From NCBI RefSeq assembly GCF_006345805.1, contig NW_021830454.1, forward strand, positions 1-64,000: 64,000 nucleotides of DNA, read 5' to 3'. Source of the stretch: Octopus sinensis. Taxonomy: Eukaryota. How positions within the stretch are numbered: the stretch's first letter is position 1; each line of letters starts with the position of its first letter. Both the position numbers and the translations under genes were made by a program. This document shows, piece after piece, positions 13,634 to 26,744 of the stretch. Under the pieces are notes generated by a model. That model saw only the letters and a list, made by a program, of their open reading frames with translations, was not told the DNA's origin and did not search any database.

Positions 13634-14855
13634 TACAACGGAAATAGCCAGTAGAATAGCAATTAAGCAATGACCACAAGTATAACAACAATAAGAAGAG
13701 TAACAACAACAACAGCTATAATCCCAATAACCACTGCAAAAACACTACAACCGCATCCACCACCACAAACGCCGCCGCTGACGCCAGCAACACCACCACC
13801 GACGTCCATCAGCACTGCGGTCACCACCACCACCTCCTCTGTCGAGATCGACACGACTACCGCTGGTCACTCTGCTGGACAGACTACATGTACCACTACC
13901 ACAGACATCGCCATAAATCCATTTGCGCCACCACCGCCTTCCCGTTCCTTGGTGCATTAGAGAATGGTTATCCTCAAACCATTCCCCCAAAGAAGCTTCT
14001 CTTTCTCTCCCTCTCTTTCCCTTCGTTCCTCTCTCTCCCTACCTTCCATCTTCTCTTTCTCTCTACCACCACCATCACCACCAACTTCACTAACTCACCG
14101 GAAGCTACAGTCAGTATATTAACTATCATCATCCCCACTGCTACCACCAACACCAATACCACTACCACCATTCCCGCCACCACCACCAATACCACTACCA
14201 CCATTCCTGCCACCACCACCACTACCAGTCACCACCACAACCACCTCCACCACCAAAACCACTACCGCCGCCACTACACCACCACCTCCATCACCACAAC
14301 CACTACTACCACTACCACCACTACTATTACCACCACCCACACTACAGACAGCACCGCCACCAATATTACAACAACACTATTCCAGTCATTTTACTACAAC
14401 CACCACCACCATCATCATCATCACGATTGCTACCATCATCACCCCACCACAGTCCACGACTAACAGTACTACCACCACCGCCACATTTTCCCACCAACTG
14501 CTAAACGCACGACCACCCTCAACACCGCCACTACCACCAGCACCTCGCTGCTCCTGTTACAGACTGCACCATCACCACCACCGCTACCACCACCTCCCTC
14601 ACCATTACCACCACAATTACACTACAATTATTACCACTAACACTACCACCATTAACATTTCCAGCATCACTACTCTCACCAGCACCATTAGTAACGCCAC
14701 CATCACTATTGCTACTACTACTACGACCTCTTCTGCTTCTCTTACTACTACTACTACTATTACTACTACTACTACTACTGCTGCTACTGATACTACTACT
14801 ACTACCACTACTACTGCTGCTGCTGCTGCTGCAACTGCTGCTGCTACTACTACTA

Positions 14856-14888
<33 letters not shown>

Positions 14889-15248
14889 GTACTGCTGCTG
14901 CTGATACTACTACTACTACTACTACTACTATTGCTGCTGCTGCTACTACTGGAGACAATATCACCACCGCCTCCCCCACCATCATCATCAACAACACGAC
15001 TAACATACTCTCTCTTCGTCCCTTTTCTTCCATAACCCCTCTCTTTATAATCCCCTTCATCTCTATTTTACTCTCTCCCCTCATCGTTCCTCTATGCTTT
15101 CTCATTAAATACTCAAGCTTTTCGCGCCTATTCCCCCAACATCATTCTTCATCTCTTCAAAACTTGTTATTCCTATTCTTTTTCTTCTTCTTCTTCTTCA
15201 CTTATTTTGATTCTCCTTCTCTTTCTCCTTCAGTTTCACATTTTTACT

Positions 15249-15282
<34 letters not shown>

Positions 15283-15800
15283 CTTCTCTCTCACTTTTCT
15301 CTCTCCCTCTCTCCCACTTTCTCTCTCTCTCTCTCTCTCACTCTCTCACTCATTCACTGAATCTCCATACCTTTCGTATCATTCATTCTTACTCTGAAAA
15401 TTTTGTCTCTCAAACATTATATTTCTGAAACATTCCACCTTTCTTTTCTAACTTGTCTTTATCTCTCTCTATCTCTCTTTCTCTCTTTCTCTTTCTCTCT
15501 ATCTTTCTTTCTTTATCTCTCTCTATCTCTCTTTCTCTCTTTCTCTTTATCTCTCCTCTCACCTCTTCTCCTCTCCCCCTCAGTCCCTCTCTCGTTTTTC
15601 CCTGTTTCTTCTATAATCTTTCTCTGTCGCTCACTTCATCGCCCTTCTTTCCTTCATTTGCTGTCCTTGGCTGTCTATTTTACATCGTTTTCTGTTTGTT
15701 TCTTTTTCATACTTTAGCTATATACCTTTTATTTCCTCTCCATCCCGCTATCTATCACACACTCTCTCTCTCTCTCGGTCTCTGTCATTCAAACACTTTT
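13600..15800. repeat. (CAC/CTA/CTG)n arrays followed by (CT)-rich tract
   Basis: Direct reading. Confidence 0.85.
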
Positions 15801-16032
15801 CCTTCCACTCTACCACACCCTGTCATTTGCCCCATAGTTTCACTTCCATTATATATATATATATATGTTGACGTCGTCTATATATATATATATGGCATCG
15901 ACAAGCTTACGCGGCCCAACGTGCTGCGCAGTAGTACTGAACTCAAGGCATGTACAAGCAAGGTGTGCTTCCTAACCACACAGCTATGTCTGCACATATA
16001 TATATATATACACACACACACTCTCTCGCACT

Positions 16033-16071
<39 letters not shown>

Positions 16072-16085
16072 GCACACACGCATAT

Positions 16086-16585
16086 GTTGACCCTCTGGAG
16101 AAACTTTGCTCTCAGCCACCTAGACTACTGCTCCCAGTTATGGTCAACACATAACGCCAAACTAAAAGCGGAGCTTGAAGCAGTCCAACGCCATTATACT
16201 ATAAAGATTGAGACAGTGCAGCGTATGAGCTATAGGGAGCGAAGGAGCGAAGGAGATATGTAATAACCTACATATGGGAAACTCTAGATGGGATAGTATC
16301 TAATTTCGGCATTGAGTGTTATACAAATACCAGAACTGGCCACCACTGTATTGTACCAAAGGTACCAACCACTCTATTTGAATTCAGGACCAAGTATTGC
16401 AATAGTTTAGGGTTCAAAGTCCCACAGTTCTTCAAAGCCCTGTCACAAAAATTAAGGAATCTGCATAATGTAGAAGTACACGTCTTCAAAAAGGAACTAG
16501 TCGGCCTCTTCGACAAAACATCAGATGAACTAACAGCCCGATATGAGGTACATATGAGGGTAACGGAATCAAACTCCCTTTATAC
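16086..16585 (+). mobile_element. degenerate 3' fragment of a CR1-group LINE
   Basis: GACTACTGCTCCCAGTTATGG (DYCSQLW), ATGAGCTATAGGGAGCGA, CCAGAACTGGCCACCACTG and AATAGTTTAGGGTTCAAAG align to 36600-37110. Confidence 0.8.
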
Positions 16586-16639
16586 ACCAAATAGGCCAAG
16601 AGCTAGGACAAAGACACATACAGAGTGATGATGTGAAAC

Positions 16640-16880
16640 ACTCCAGCCTGAGAAGGTTCGCAAATCCAATGGAGGCCTTAAGAGACATATTATGATCCAC
16701 AAAGAGCAGAACTTATCTGCAGCTCTTGGTGGTCCAAATCCGAGGTACGGTGCAATCTATGCTGGTGTTCTTTTGAGAGCATTGTCTGGTTCAAAAAGCC
16801 ACATCAAATGCCATGATGTTGTTGAGGTGTAGATACAGGAGGTAGTCAAACTCTGCATAAGGAGTAGACAACCAACACCA
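16640..16880 (+). mobile_element. possible retroelement 3' remnant with two decayed C2H2 finger-like motifs
   Basis: Translates to KSNGGLKRHIMIHK and CNLCWCSFESIVWF(K)SHIKCH (frameshifted). Confidence 0.3.
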
Positions 16881-16924
<44 letters not shown>

Positions 16925-17439
16925 AGTTGATGGAGGAAACGAAAGATAGATTTGGCGCTAGTCTTTATTCGGTACGACGATCGTTTCGACTCCTCCTGTA
17001 ACTGTCCGCTATGGGTAGGATTTTCTGCATCTAACTGTGTTGCATCAATTTGTGCAGTCTGTGTCACAACAGGATGTGTGTGTGTGTGTGTGTGTCTGTT
17101 GTGCGCGCGCGCGTGTGCGTTTGTGTTTCTGTACGCGCGCGTATTTCTTTTAAGGCGAATACAGAGCCAAAAAAAAAATGGAATTCTTAATACGATATTC
17201 CCCCAGGAATCCTAGTGTTCTTTGATTGCTGACACCATCAATAATTCACAGAATTGTGTGTGCGTTATTCAGAGGATTTTTGCATCGGATTCCAAAGCAC
17301 TGAGTTGGTGTTTATAACTTCCAAATATTCTCGTTACATTTACATATACTTGTGTATGTATGAAAGTGTGTCTGTGTGTGTGTGTGTGTCTATCTATATG
17401 CTGCTGTGTTAGCAGTGCTCTTTACATATTATTTCTGTA

Positions 17440-17720
17440 GAGTATCTTAACAACTTAGGGATAGCCTGTGCTTTTTGGAAAGCCTGAACACGGTTTCAAA
17501 ATATTTCTAAGGCACGATGCAGCTAAGACTGTCAAAATGGGCGAAGCTAAACGGGCCACATTAATCATATGGCTTGAGAATTGTAGCATGAATTGGGAGA
17601 GTGCATTGGCACCTGTGTGTGTCAGCGTAATCTTACATTGTACGGCGGGTTATACCAAATCGCTCGATGTTGTTGCTCCCCACAAAGAAGACATTCCATT
17701 GTTCTTATTTTGCTCGGTTA
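17440..17720 (-). mobile_element. possible decayed retroelement coding remnant (CCHC-knuckle-like or PLE WYNPPY-like motifs)
   Basis: Minus strand gives CLLCGEQQHRAIWYNPPY and a CYNSQA..DH-like motif; many stops, family unresolved. Confidence 0.25.
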
Positions 17721-18261
17721 TGTTAGTTCGATTCATTACTTGATATTTATTGCTGATTCTTTATTGTTTATTTTCATTCTATCCTGTTACTCTTCGAAAA
17801 TCACTCCACTGTTTCAATGTTTTGATTTTCCTAATAAAATTTTCATTAAACACACTCCTAGAATGAATGACATTAGCAAGGGTTTTGTTGGAGAAGGAGT
17901 AACCTTAAATACTTCTTATGTGATTTTTTTTCTCTTTGCTAAAAAATCTCACTATATCCCTTTGTGTATTCTTATTTTTCTTGACATTTATTATGTCCTT
18001 CCTTTTACAGAAATTTTTGAATTGTATTCTTTGTAGAATGTCCTTGAGCCACACCCTTCGGCTTTTTACGACTTCATCTTGTTCATTCTTATGTGTTTTT
18101 GCATCACCCCTACTCTCCATTTTAATGTTTCCAGTAATTATTTATATGAATGCTATCAGTAGTAATTGCTTTCAGTGGCTAAATGCAGAATAGATCATCA
18201 TCGACGACGTCGTCATACTCCTCTTCTTCCCCCTCCTCACCATCATCATTACTGTTATTAA

Positions 18262-18474
18262 AGCGGTGAGCTGGCAGATTCGTTACCGCACCCGGCAAAA
18301 TGCTTAGCGGCAATTCGTCCGTCTTTACTTTCAGAGTTCAAATTCCACCGAGGTCGACTTTGCCTTTCATACTTTCAGGATCGATAAATTAAGTACCAGT
18401 GTAACACTTGGGGCAATGTAATCGAGTAGTCCCCTCGCTACAAAATTCAGGCCTTGCGCCTATAGTAGAAATGA
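18262..18474 (+). mobile_element. SINE-like repeat, family B
   Basis: GCGGTGAGCTGGCAGA...GAGTTCAAATTCCACCGAGGTCGACTTTGCCTTTCAT...GATAAATTAAGTACCAGT. Copies at 18675, 45644 and 49751. Confidence 0.85.
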
Positions 18475-18482
18475 TTCTACGT

Positions 18483-18858
<376 letters not shown>

Positions 18859-19079
18859 TTGGATCCCTTAGCATTTCAGCAAAAAATTACTGCGGTCCAT
18901 TTGTCCCACTACCCTGTTAAAGTTAATACCTCGGCATGGCCGTAACCCAATGACTGAAACAATTAAAAAACATATTCCATATCCTTTTTAAGTGGCATTA
19001 AATGTTTCTCTCGTATCTTCTGTAGTACCCATTGCCTATATTTCCATGCCATTTCCTCTTGTAATTCCTTGTACAATTA

Positions 19080-19166
19080 CTCACTATTCGCTATCTCGCT
19101 CTTCCTTCCTCTCTTTCTCTCTCTCTCACTCTCTCTCTCTTTCTCTCTCTCTCACTCTCTCTCTCA

Positions 19167-19215
<49 letters not shown>

Positions 19216-19465
19216 GGTAATTTACATACTTTTTCCTCTTCTCTGTCTTTATCCGACTACATTCTTCGCTCCAAAAGCTTTGAATCACCCGCCATCTTCC
19301 TTCGATTTCATATAGCCAGCTTTCTATCCCAAACATTTTCTTATATATATATATGTGTGTTGTGTGTGTGTTTGTGTGTGCATATATATAATTAGGTAAG
19401 TACGTCTGAATATATGCGCTTATATACATACATATACACACACACATATATATACTATATATATG

Positions 19466-19512
<47 letters not shown>

Positions 19513-19754
19513 AATAATAATAATAATTATATATATAATATATAATATATATATATATAATATATATATATATATATTATATATATATATATATATTATA
19601 ATATATATATATATATATGCATATATCTAGAATTCTACGATCCATTTATATATCTTAACGCTTCACCAGTGTTGGATTTTCTTCTTTGGCAGTCTATCCA
19701 CACACACACACACACACACAAACCCACACAAACACAAAGACAAGCACACATACA

Positions 19755-19804
<50 letters not shown>

Positions 19805-20176
19805 CACACACTTTCTTTCTCGTCTCCGACACAATCCCACTCTTTCGTTAGTTCTTCTTTATACTCACCCTTATAATCTTTTCAATAACTTCTTCCCATG
19901 CATCTCACTCCTTTCCTCACCGTCTCTCTCCTCATCCCTACTTTTCTCTCTTTTTCTCTTACAAGAATCCTCTGTTATTATTCACCCTCTTACTACACAA
20001 CTCTCTCTCTCTCTCTTATCGCTAAGCCTTTGCTCTCTCTGTCTCTCTCACTCTCTCTGGATCTCTCTCTGTTCACCTATCTACCTATCTCATTCTATCT
20101 GCCTGTCCCTCTCCCTCTCTCAGTCTCTCTATGCCTTTCCCTTTGTCTGCCCCCGCTCTCTCTGTATATCTGTCTG

Positions 20177-20213
<37 letters not shown>

Positions 20214-20540
20214 TTCTTTTCACAACATATCAGATCATTTTCACCATTTGTCTACATTCCTTTTCCTTCCCACTTCTTTTTCTCCTGCACTCCACTTCCA
20301 TTTCTCCCTCTTCATCTCCCCTTCTCTCTTCTCTATCTATTTCCAGCCTCCCCCCAGCCCATCAATCCACCCTTCTTCCCTCCCTCTATCTCACTTTCAG
20401 CAATTATCCCTCACTTCTTTTAACTCTCCTTTCTTCATTTCTTACATGTCCGATCACTTTCTCTCCATGTCCATCTCATCATCTCCTCTTTGCCTTCTTT
20501 ATTTATCTCATCTTCTCCCTTCCCTTGTTACCATTTCCAC
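19080..20540. repeat. (CT)/(AT)/(CA) and pyrimidine-rich low-complexity region
   Basis: Direct reading. Confidence 0.85.
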
Positions 20541-21019
20541 ATCCTCCAGACATCCATCAGTCAAGCCAAAATCACAAACACCATTCCTTTCCATACCTGA
20601 CAAGATGGCTAACATTTAACACGCGAAAATCCATCAAGTCGGAAGGGATTAATGAAAAAAAGATTACGCGCAATTTCTTACCCATATAACTGTTTTTCTT
20701 GGGCAGACTTCAAAGATAACCCTTTCCCTTATTCAGTCTTTATCAGGGGTCAGCATTTGTTATTATTATTATTCTTGTTGTTGTTGATTCCCTATATTCC
20801 TTCATTCTTACCCTTTTCTAATTCGTAGCCAGAACCCTAAAACCAATCTTTAGACTGCAAATGTTTTTTCAGTGATCACCGGAGCATGAAAATTGTACAC
20901 CTATTCCTGTGTACATAAATCATTCGAAATCCGCAAAAACACCCGTTTCTATTTTCATATATGCACACGCACACACAAACAAACACACACAAACACATAA
21001 ATGCAAACATGCATTTATC

Positions 21020-21144
21020 CATGCATATTTATATATGTACATATATATATAATACATATATATGTATATAAATATATATATATATAATATATGTACATAA
21101 TATATATATATATATATATAATATATTATATCATTATATGTATG

Positions 21145-21229
<85 letters not shown>

Positions 21230-21556
21230 CATATATGTAAAGGGCTAGTTATTACCTAAAAGCCTGTCTCAAATACAGGAATCCACAGCAAGAATAAACG
21301 TTATATATTCACATTATTCGTGTCAGTCGGCCGAATGTTTCGCTGCCTCGTTCTACTAGATTCTTTAATAAATTCATTAGTTCATTGACCGTTGAGTACG
21401 TCTGCCAATGAAGATAAAGGGTTAATAATTAAGGCCCCATTAAAAAAATTAAATAAAGACGTTTCTAAAACGAATGGAACATTCATATGTGGAAATATAT
21501 ATGAGCTACTCAGGAAGATATAAAGAGATGCATATATATATATATATATTATATAA

Positions 21557-21592
<36 letters not shown>

Positions 21593-21723
21593 TGTATGCA
21601 TATATATATATATACATATTATATATATATATATATAATATATATATATGTATGTATGTATGTATGTATATATATATATATATATATATTATACACACAT
21701 ATATATATATATATATTATATAA

Positions 21724-21759
<36 letters not shown>

Positions 21760-21829
21760 TGTATGCATATATATATATATACATATTATATATATATATA
21801 TATAATATATATATATGTATGTATGTATG

Positions 21830-21871
<42 letters not shown>

Positions 21872-21960
21872 TATATATATATATACATACATGCCTACAT
21901 ACATACATGCATGCATACACACAAATATATATATACGTACATACATATGTGTCTGTGTGT
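21020..21960. repeat. (AT)/(TATG) compound microsatellites with an internal ~170-bp duplication
   Basis: The block ATGTATGCATATATATATATACATATTAT recurs at about 21593 and 21760. Confidence 0.85.
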
Positions 21961-22399
21961 GTGTATCCAAATACATACACGCACACACACTCACAAACAA
22001 ACAGAAGCACATTCACAGCTTAATATCCGTACGTTTGTCTGTACTTTGCATATTTCCCGAGTATACACATGAATTTCGGTATATATAACTATGTCTTATT
22101 TTATACGTCATTTACTTGTATATATGTTCTAAAATCTACACAGCCTTGGTTTGTTATCTCATTACGGAAAAAAAAAGAAGAAATTTTTATATGCACACGC
22201 TGATATATGACCTAAGATGGACCCCTTATTCGCATAATCACCGAACCTGGAACTTAACTATTGTCTTTCCCTAGCACTTATTCAGCATTACCTGACACCT
22301 TTGGGACTTCTTGACACTATTACTTCACGTAACCTATATATATATATACACGCACACACGTATGTGTTGTGTGTGTGTCTGTGTCTGTCTGTCTGTCTG

Positions 22400-22545
22400 A
22401 AAGCACGTGGCTAAGTGGTTAGTGTATTCGTCGTGAGTTCGATTCTCTGTGATGCGTCCCTGAGCAAACACTTTATTTGACGTTGCTCTAGTCCACTAAA
22501 CTGACAAAAATGAGCAGTTCCTGTATTTCAAAGGGCCAGCCTTGT
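22400..22545 (+). mobile_element. SINE family C fragment
   Basis: AAGCACGTGGCTAAGTGGTTAG...GAGTTCGATTC...CTGAGCAAACACTTTATTTGACGTTGCTCTAGTCCAC; ends CCTGTATTTCAAAGGGCCAGCCTTGTCAC, shared with family D. Confidence 0.75.
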
Positions 22546-22682
22546 CACATAACATATTCCCCTTTCAGATGCATGTACTTATTGCAGCCATCGTTCAGCT
22601 TTTCTAAGCCCTGAGAAAAAACTCGGAAATTAAGACCTCGATATCCTTCAAGCCAAGAACGTTTCGGCACTCCTGCGCATAT
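22545..22682 (-). mobile_element. mariner-derived MITE fragment
   Basis: Minus strand encodes FSQGLEKLNDGCNKYMHLKGEYV, a mariner transposase C-terminus-like peptide; TIR-like AAGCCAAGAACGTTTCGGCACTCC. Confidence 0.6.
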
Positions 22683-23239
22683 ATATATGCAGGTGCATAT
22701 TTGTGCTTCCATACTATATAAGATCGAGAAGATCTTTGAATCTATGCTTACCAGCCTTCTCTGTAAGGAGGAAGACTCGATCAAGTCTTCATTTTTGGAA
22801 CATCTTAGAATATGTTATGAGAAATTTACAAGTACTCTTTCAAACATATCGAATAAATACCCAGATTATTATTCACTGAAACAGCTATAAAGAAGTGTTT
22901 ATTTTGTCAAGTAAGCATTTCCTATATAGGCCTGATACATTGGGCAATATATCACTTCTTGTCTGAAATTTTTTACTGTATTATTTGGACTAAAAGCTTC
23001 TTTTTCGACATAAATAAACGTACACAAGGAAAAAAAATTACAAGGATTAATAACTTCTGTCGAAATATATACATTCTTCCGAATATCGAAATTTGAGTAA
23101 CGACACGATGTAAATGTGCGTGTGAGTGAGTGTGCGTGCACGCGTGTGTTTGTGTCTGTGTGTGTGTAAAATATCTGCTTCGTTTGTATGAAACTGATAA
23201 AGATTTATATCCTTGAATATTCTATATTAAATTCGCTTT

Positions 23240-23575
23240 GTAACCACTTGGCATTTGGTTTACTCCACTGCGCGGTAGGACTAATTTCTTGTAATACAGC
23301 TCCGGGAGGGCCAATGCCTTGTGAGTGGATTTAATTAATGGAAAACTTGTGCTAGACTGTCGTATATAGTATATATTATATTACGTTATATTATATCATA
23401 TGTGTGTGTGTTTGTGTGTGTGTATGTTTGTGTTTGCATGTGTATGTCCGTATGTAATTTATTTTTATGTGAATGTATGTATTTAGGTAGGTAGGTACCT
23501 ACGTACCTATATACGTAAGCAGGTACGTAGATAGATAGATAGGTAGGCTGGTAATTATGTATGTATGTATGTATG

Positions 23576-23609
<34 letters not shown>

Positions 23610-24050
23610 TGTATGTAGGTAGGTAGGTAGGTAGGTAGGTAGGTAGGAATGTAGGTAGGTAGGTAGGTAGGTATGTAGGTAGGAAGGTAGGTAGGTAGGT
23701 AGGTAAGTAGGTAGGTAGGTAGGTAGGTAGGTAGGTAGGTAGGTAGGTAGGTAGGTAGGTAGGTACGTAAGTAGGTAGAAAGGTAAGTAGGTCGTATTGT
23801 TCTTTATCTTTGCGTTTGTCCACTCCACCCGATTTGCAACCGCTCTGCAACTGCTTTGCAACCGCTGTTGGTTTGTTTTAGTTCGCGTATCTTAACAGTC
23901 CTGCATAAGATACTAATATATTAATATAATATATTAATATAATATTTTTTTTACAAGAACGTAAGTACTGGTGACGATTTGTTCGATTAAAGCATTCAAG
24001 GTGGAGCCACTGCATGGCCGCAGTCCAATGATTACAGCAAGTAAAAGAAA
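23240..24050 (+). mobile_element. highly diverged SINE family A with about 500 bp of expanded internal (TATG)/(TAGG) repeats
   Basis: GCCAATGCCTTGTGAGTGGATTT at about 23311; tail GCATGGCCGCAGTCCAATGATTACAGCAAGTAAAAG at about 24011-24047. Confidence 0.6.
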
Positions 24051-24659
24051 TGCAGAAATTAAGCAAAAACTATACTGAAAATAATATAGATTTATATGAC
24101 TAAACATTTTCGTTAATCATTACTTTTGAGTGATTGAGATTAATGGAAAAAGAGAGAAAAACAAAAAACAGATAAAATTTAAACAACAAACTATTACCAA
24201 AATCTCTTTTTCATCACGTGACTGCGAATTTCCGCTGGAAATTTTTTGTGTTTGTTTTTACTTCATTTCAAATTTTTGTCTTTATTTTTCATCTTGTTTT
24301 TTTTTCTTTTCTGTTTTTTTAGCAAAGTTTCCAATTGAATAGTAGAGAATTTCCGAAAGAAATTTTTATAAACAGGATGAAATTTATCAAAAAGTCCCTG
24401 CCACTCAGCCATCTGTCCGGAAGTTTTATTTTAGACATTGCCACGGAAGTGTGAACTTTCAAAAAGTTTCCCGCCGTTCAACCAGCAAGTGTCTTTCGAA
24501 GCAGTTTGCATGGATGGAGAAAAAAAATTGTCAAACGCTACGACGCCAAAAAAAGATATATATGTATATATAAAATAAAATATGTATATAAACAAATAAA
24601 TTTGAAAAAATAATAAAAACAGTTTAAATACATAAAAAATGATAAAATTAGCAGTATTA

Positions 24660-25140
24660 GTATTAGTAGTAGTGGTGGTGGTGTGGTGGTAGTGGTAGTA
24701 GTGGTGGTGGTGTGGTGGTAGTGGTGGTGGTGGTGGTTGTGGCGATGGTGGTGGTGGTGGTGGTAGTGGTGGTGGTGGTGATGTGGTGGTGGTGGTTGTG
24801 GCGATGGTGGTGGTGGTGGTAGTGGTGGCGGTGGTGGTGGTGGTTGTGGATTTGGTGGTGGTGGTGGTGGTAGTGGTGGTAGTGGTGGTGGTGGTGGTTG
24901 TGGCGATGGTGGTGGTGGTTGTGGTAGTGGTGGTGGTGGTGGTGGTGGTGGTGGTGGTGGTGGAGGTGGAGCTGCTGCTGCTGTACCTGGTGGCGGCGGC
25001 GGCGGCAGCCGCAGCAGTAGTAGTGTTGGATAGAGGAGGAGAAGGAGGAGGATAAGATATGCAGAAAGAAGACAACTACGATAACACGATAACGACGACG
25101 ACGACACTGAGGTGATGATGCTGCTGATGTTGATAATGAT
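24660..25140. repeat. (GGT)n-based trinucleotide array
   Basis: Direct reading; recurring GTTGTGGCGATG variant. Confidence 0.9.
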
Positions 25141-25556
25141 GATGATAGATGATGACCTAACAAACAACAAAATCAGCGAATAAATCAATAAATAAAGATG
25201 TAAATAAATAAATAAATAAATAAGAAATAAATGTCTGTCGAAACCTCCTGGTTTTCTACCTGAACACATTTAAAGAATAGTGAGAGATTCTGGAAGGAAT
25301 AGCGAAGAATTTTTGCGCCAGAATTCTTCGTATATTAATGTTTTTTACTCTAGATGTATTCCTTTTTACCAATTTAAACCCTTGCTTTCGCCGACAGCAT
25401 TCGACGTATGTCCTAATTGCTAGATCGACAGACATAACCATATGCAGTCTGTAGGTACGTTCTCATATTTTTTGTTTCTAAATCTCTCCAGGAAAGAATT
25501 TCATTTTCATTCCTCCTGTGTTTTCCTAAGTACAGTTCATTCACTTCCCTATTCAT

Positions 25557-25876
25557 CAGTGGTTCTTAACCGGGGTCCATATGGCCCCTGAGTGTCCGTA
25601 TATTATTTTAGGGAGTCCACATCAGAAAATAGTTATTTGGGGATCCACAATAGCATTTGAGTGACCCGTAAGAAAATTTCCCTTCAGACGTATGTACTGT
25701 TATTTATTGTACTAAGTTCCTTTCTCTAACATTTAATATAGTTCATCGTGAAAAATAATGTAGGAAATGATATAAAACTAGTTTTAAAAACATCGAATGG
25801 CTATGGGCGGCGGGGGCCACAGTAATAAAATCGTGATGAAAGGGATCAATAGAAAAATAGTGGTTGAGAACCTCTG
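25557..25876. mobile_element. hAT (Charlie-like) MITE
   Basis: Termini CAGTGGTTCTTAACC / GGTTGAGAACCTCTG; flanking 8-mers CTATTCAT and CTATACAC (6/8) are consistent with a decayed 8-bp TSD. Confidence 0.75.
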
Positions 25877-26069
25877 CTATACACCATCAATACCGTAAAA
25901 AATGCTGGCCTTACAACAAACTTCAATCTTATTAATATATTTAAATGTGGTTTTTGTTCTTGTTCTTTTTGCAGTTGTACATGCAGTTGCTATTTCACTC
26001 TGGATCAGCCGAAGCTGTCTAAATCTCAACGAACCTCACATCAAAGGTCGCTAACATCCATGAGCTGTC

Positions 26070-26416
26070 TGGGCTGTGTGGTAAGAAGTTTGCTTCCCAA
26101 CCACATGGTTCTGGGTTCAGTCTCGCTGCGCTGGACCATGGGCAAATGTCTTCTACTCTAGCCTAGGGCCGACCATTGGTAGACGGAAACTGAAAGAAGC
26201 CTGTTGTATATGTGTGTGTATGTGTGACTTTGTGTCTGCGTTTGTTCCCCACTCCCCCAACACACCACTTAACAACCGGTGCTGGTGTGTTTACTTCCTT
26301 GCAAAAGAAACTGACAGAATATGTATCAGGCTTAAAAAAAAGGACTGGGGTTGATACAATCGACTAAAATTTCAAAGAGGAGCTCCAGCAAGACTGAAAC
26401 AAGTAACGGATAAAAG
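26070..26416 (+). mobile_element. SINE family A copy
   Basis: GGCTGTGTGGTAAGAAG...GGGTTCAGTC...GGGCAAATGTCTTCTAC...GGTAGACGGAAACTGAAAGAAGCC...GACTGAAACAAGTAA. Confidence 0.85.
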
Positions 26417-26706
26417 ATACAAGATAAATAATTTCTTCACCTATTTTTAAATTTTGGATAAGAGCTTTTCTATGATAATTCATTTCGCTTTTGTTCAAAG
26501 AAAATTCCGGTTATATTAAAATTAAAAATTCTCTTAAATTAATGTTCAACTTAAGCTCTTCTACAAAACAACTACATCCCAAACTCAAAAACAGCTAAAG
26601 GCATTGATGACTAGAACATACCGTAACGGTAGTGCATGAGCCATGTGGTTTTGTGAGGGAACAACTAGAAGGTGTATTAGTTTGACGCTCTGGAAGGGTG
26701 GGAAAG

Positions 26707-26744
26707 TCTTTGACATTTCGGGCCCTACGCTCTTCATCTGAAAA
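26707..26744 (-). ncRNA. decayed minimal type I hammerhead ribozyme motif
   Basis: Minus strand TTTT-CAGATGA-A-GAGC-gtagg-GCCC-GAAAT-GTC-AAAG; core differs from CTGATGA...GAAAC at two positions. Confidence 0.55.

Noticed and set aside
20590-20910. Several minus-strand donor-like sites (GG|GTAAGA, CAG|GTATGG)
   Set aside because: Frames bounded by good acceptors contain stops; only a speculative 25-nt micro-exon remains.
21320-21365. GGCAGC-GAAAC-ATTCG on the minus strand as a hammerhead
   Set aside because: Core and stems are too degenerate to support.
22655-22682. GAAACGTT with palindrome on the minus strand as a hammerhead
   Set aside because: No CTGANGA core; better explained as the terminal repeat of the mariner-derived MITE.
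22899-23141. EVIYC...YIG as a GIY-YIG remnant
   Set aside because: Spacing is poor and no other PLE motif is adjacent.
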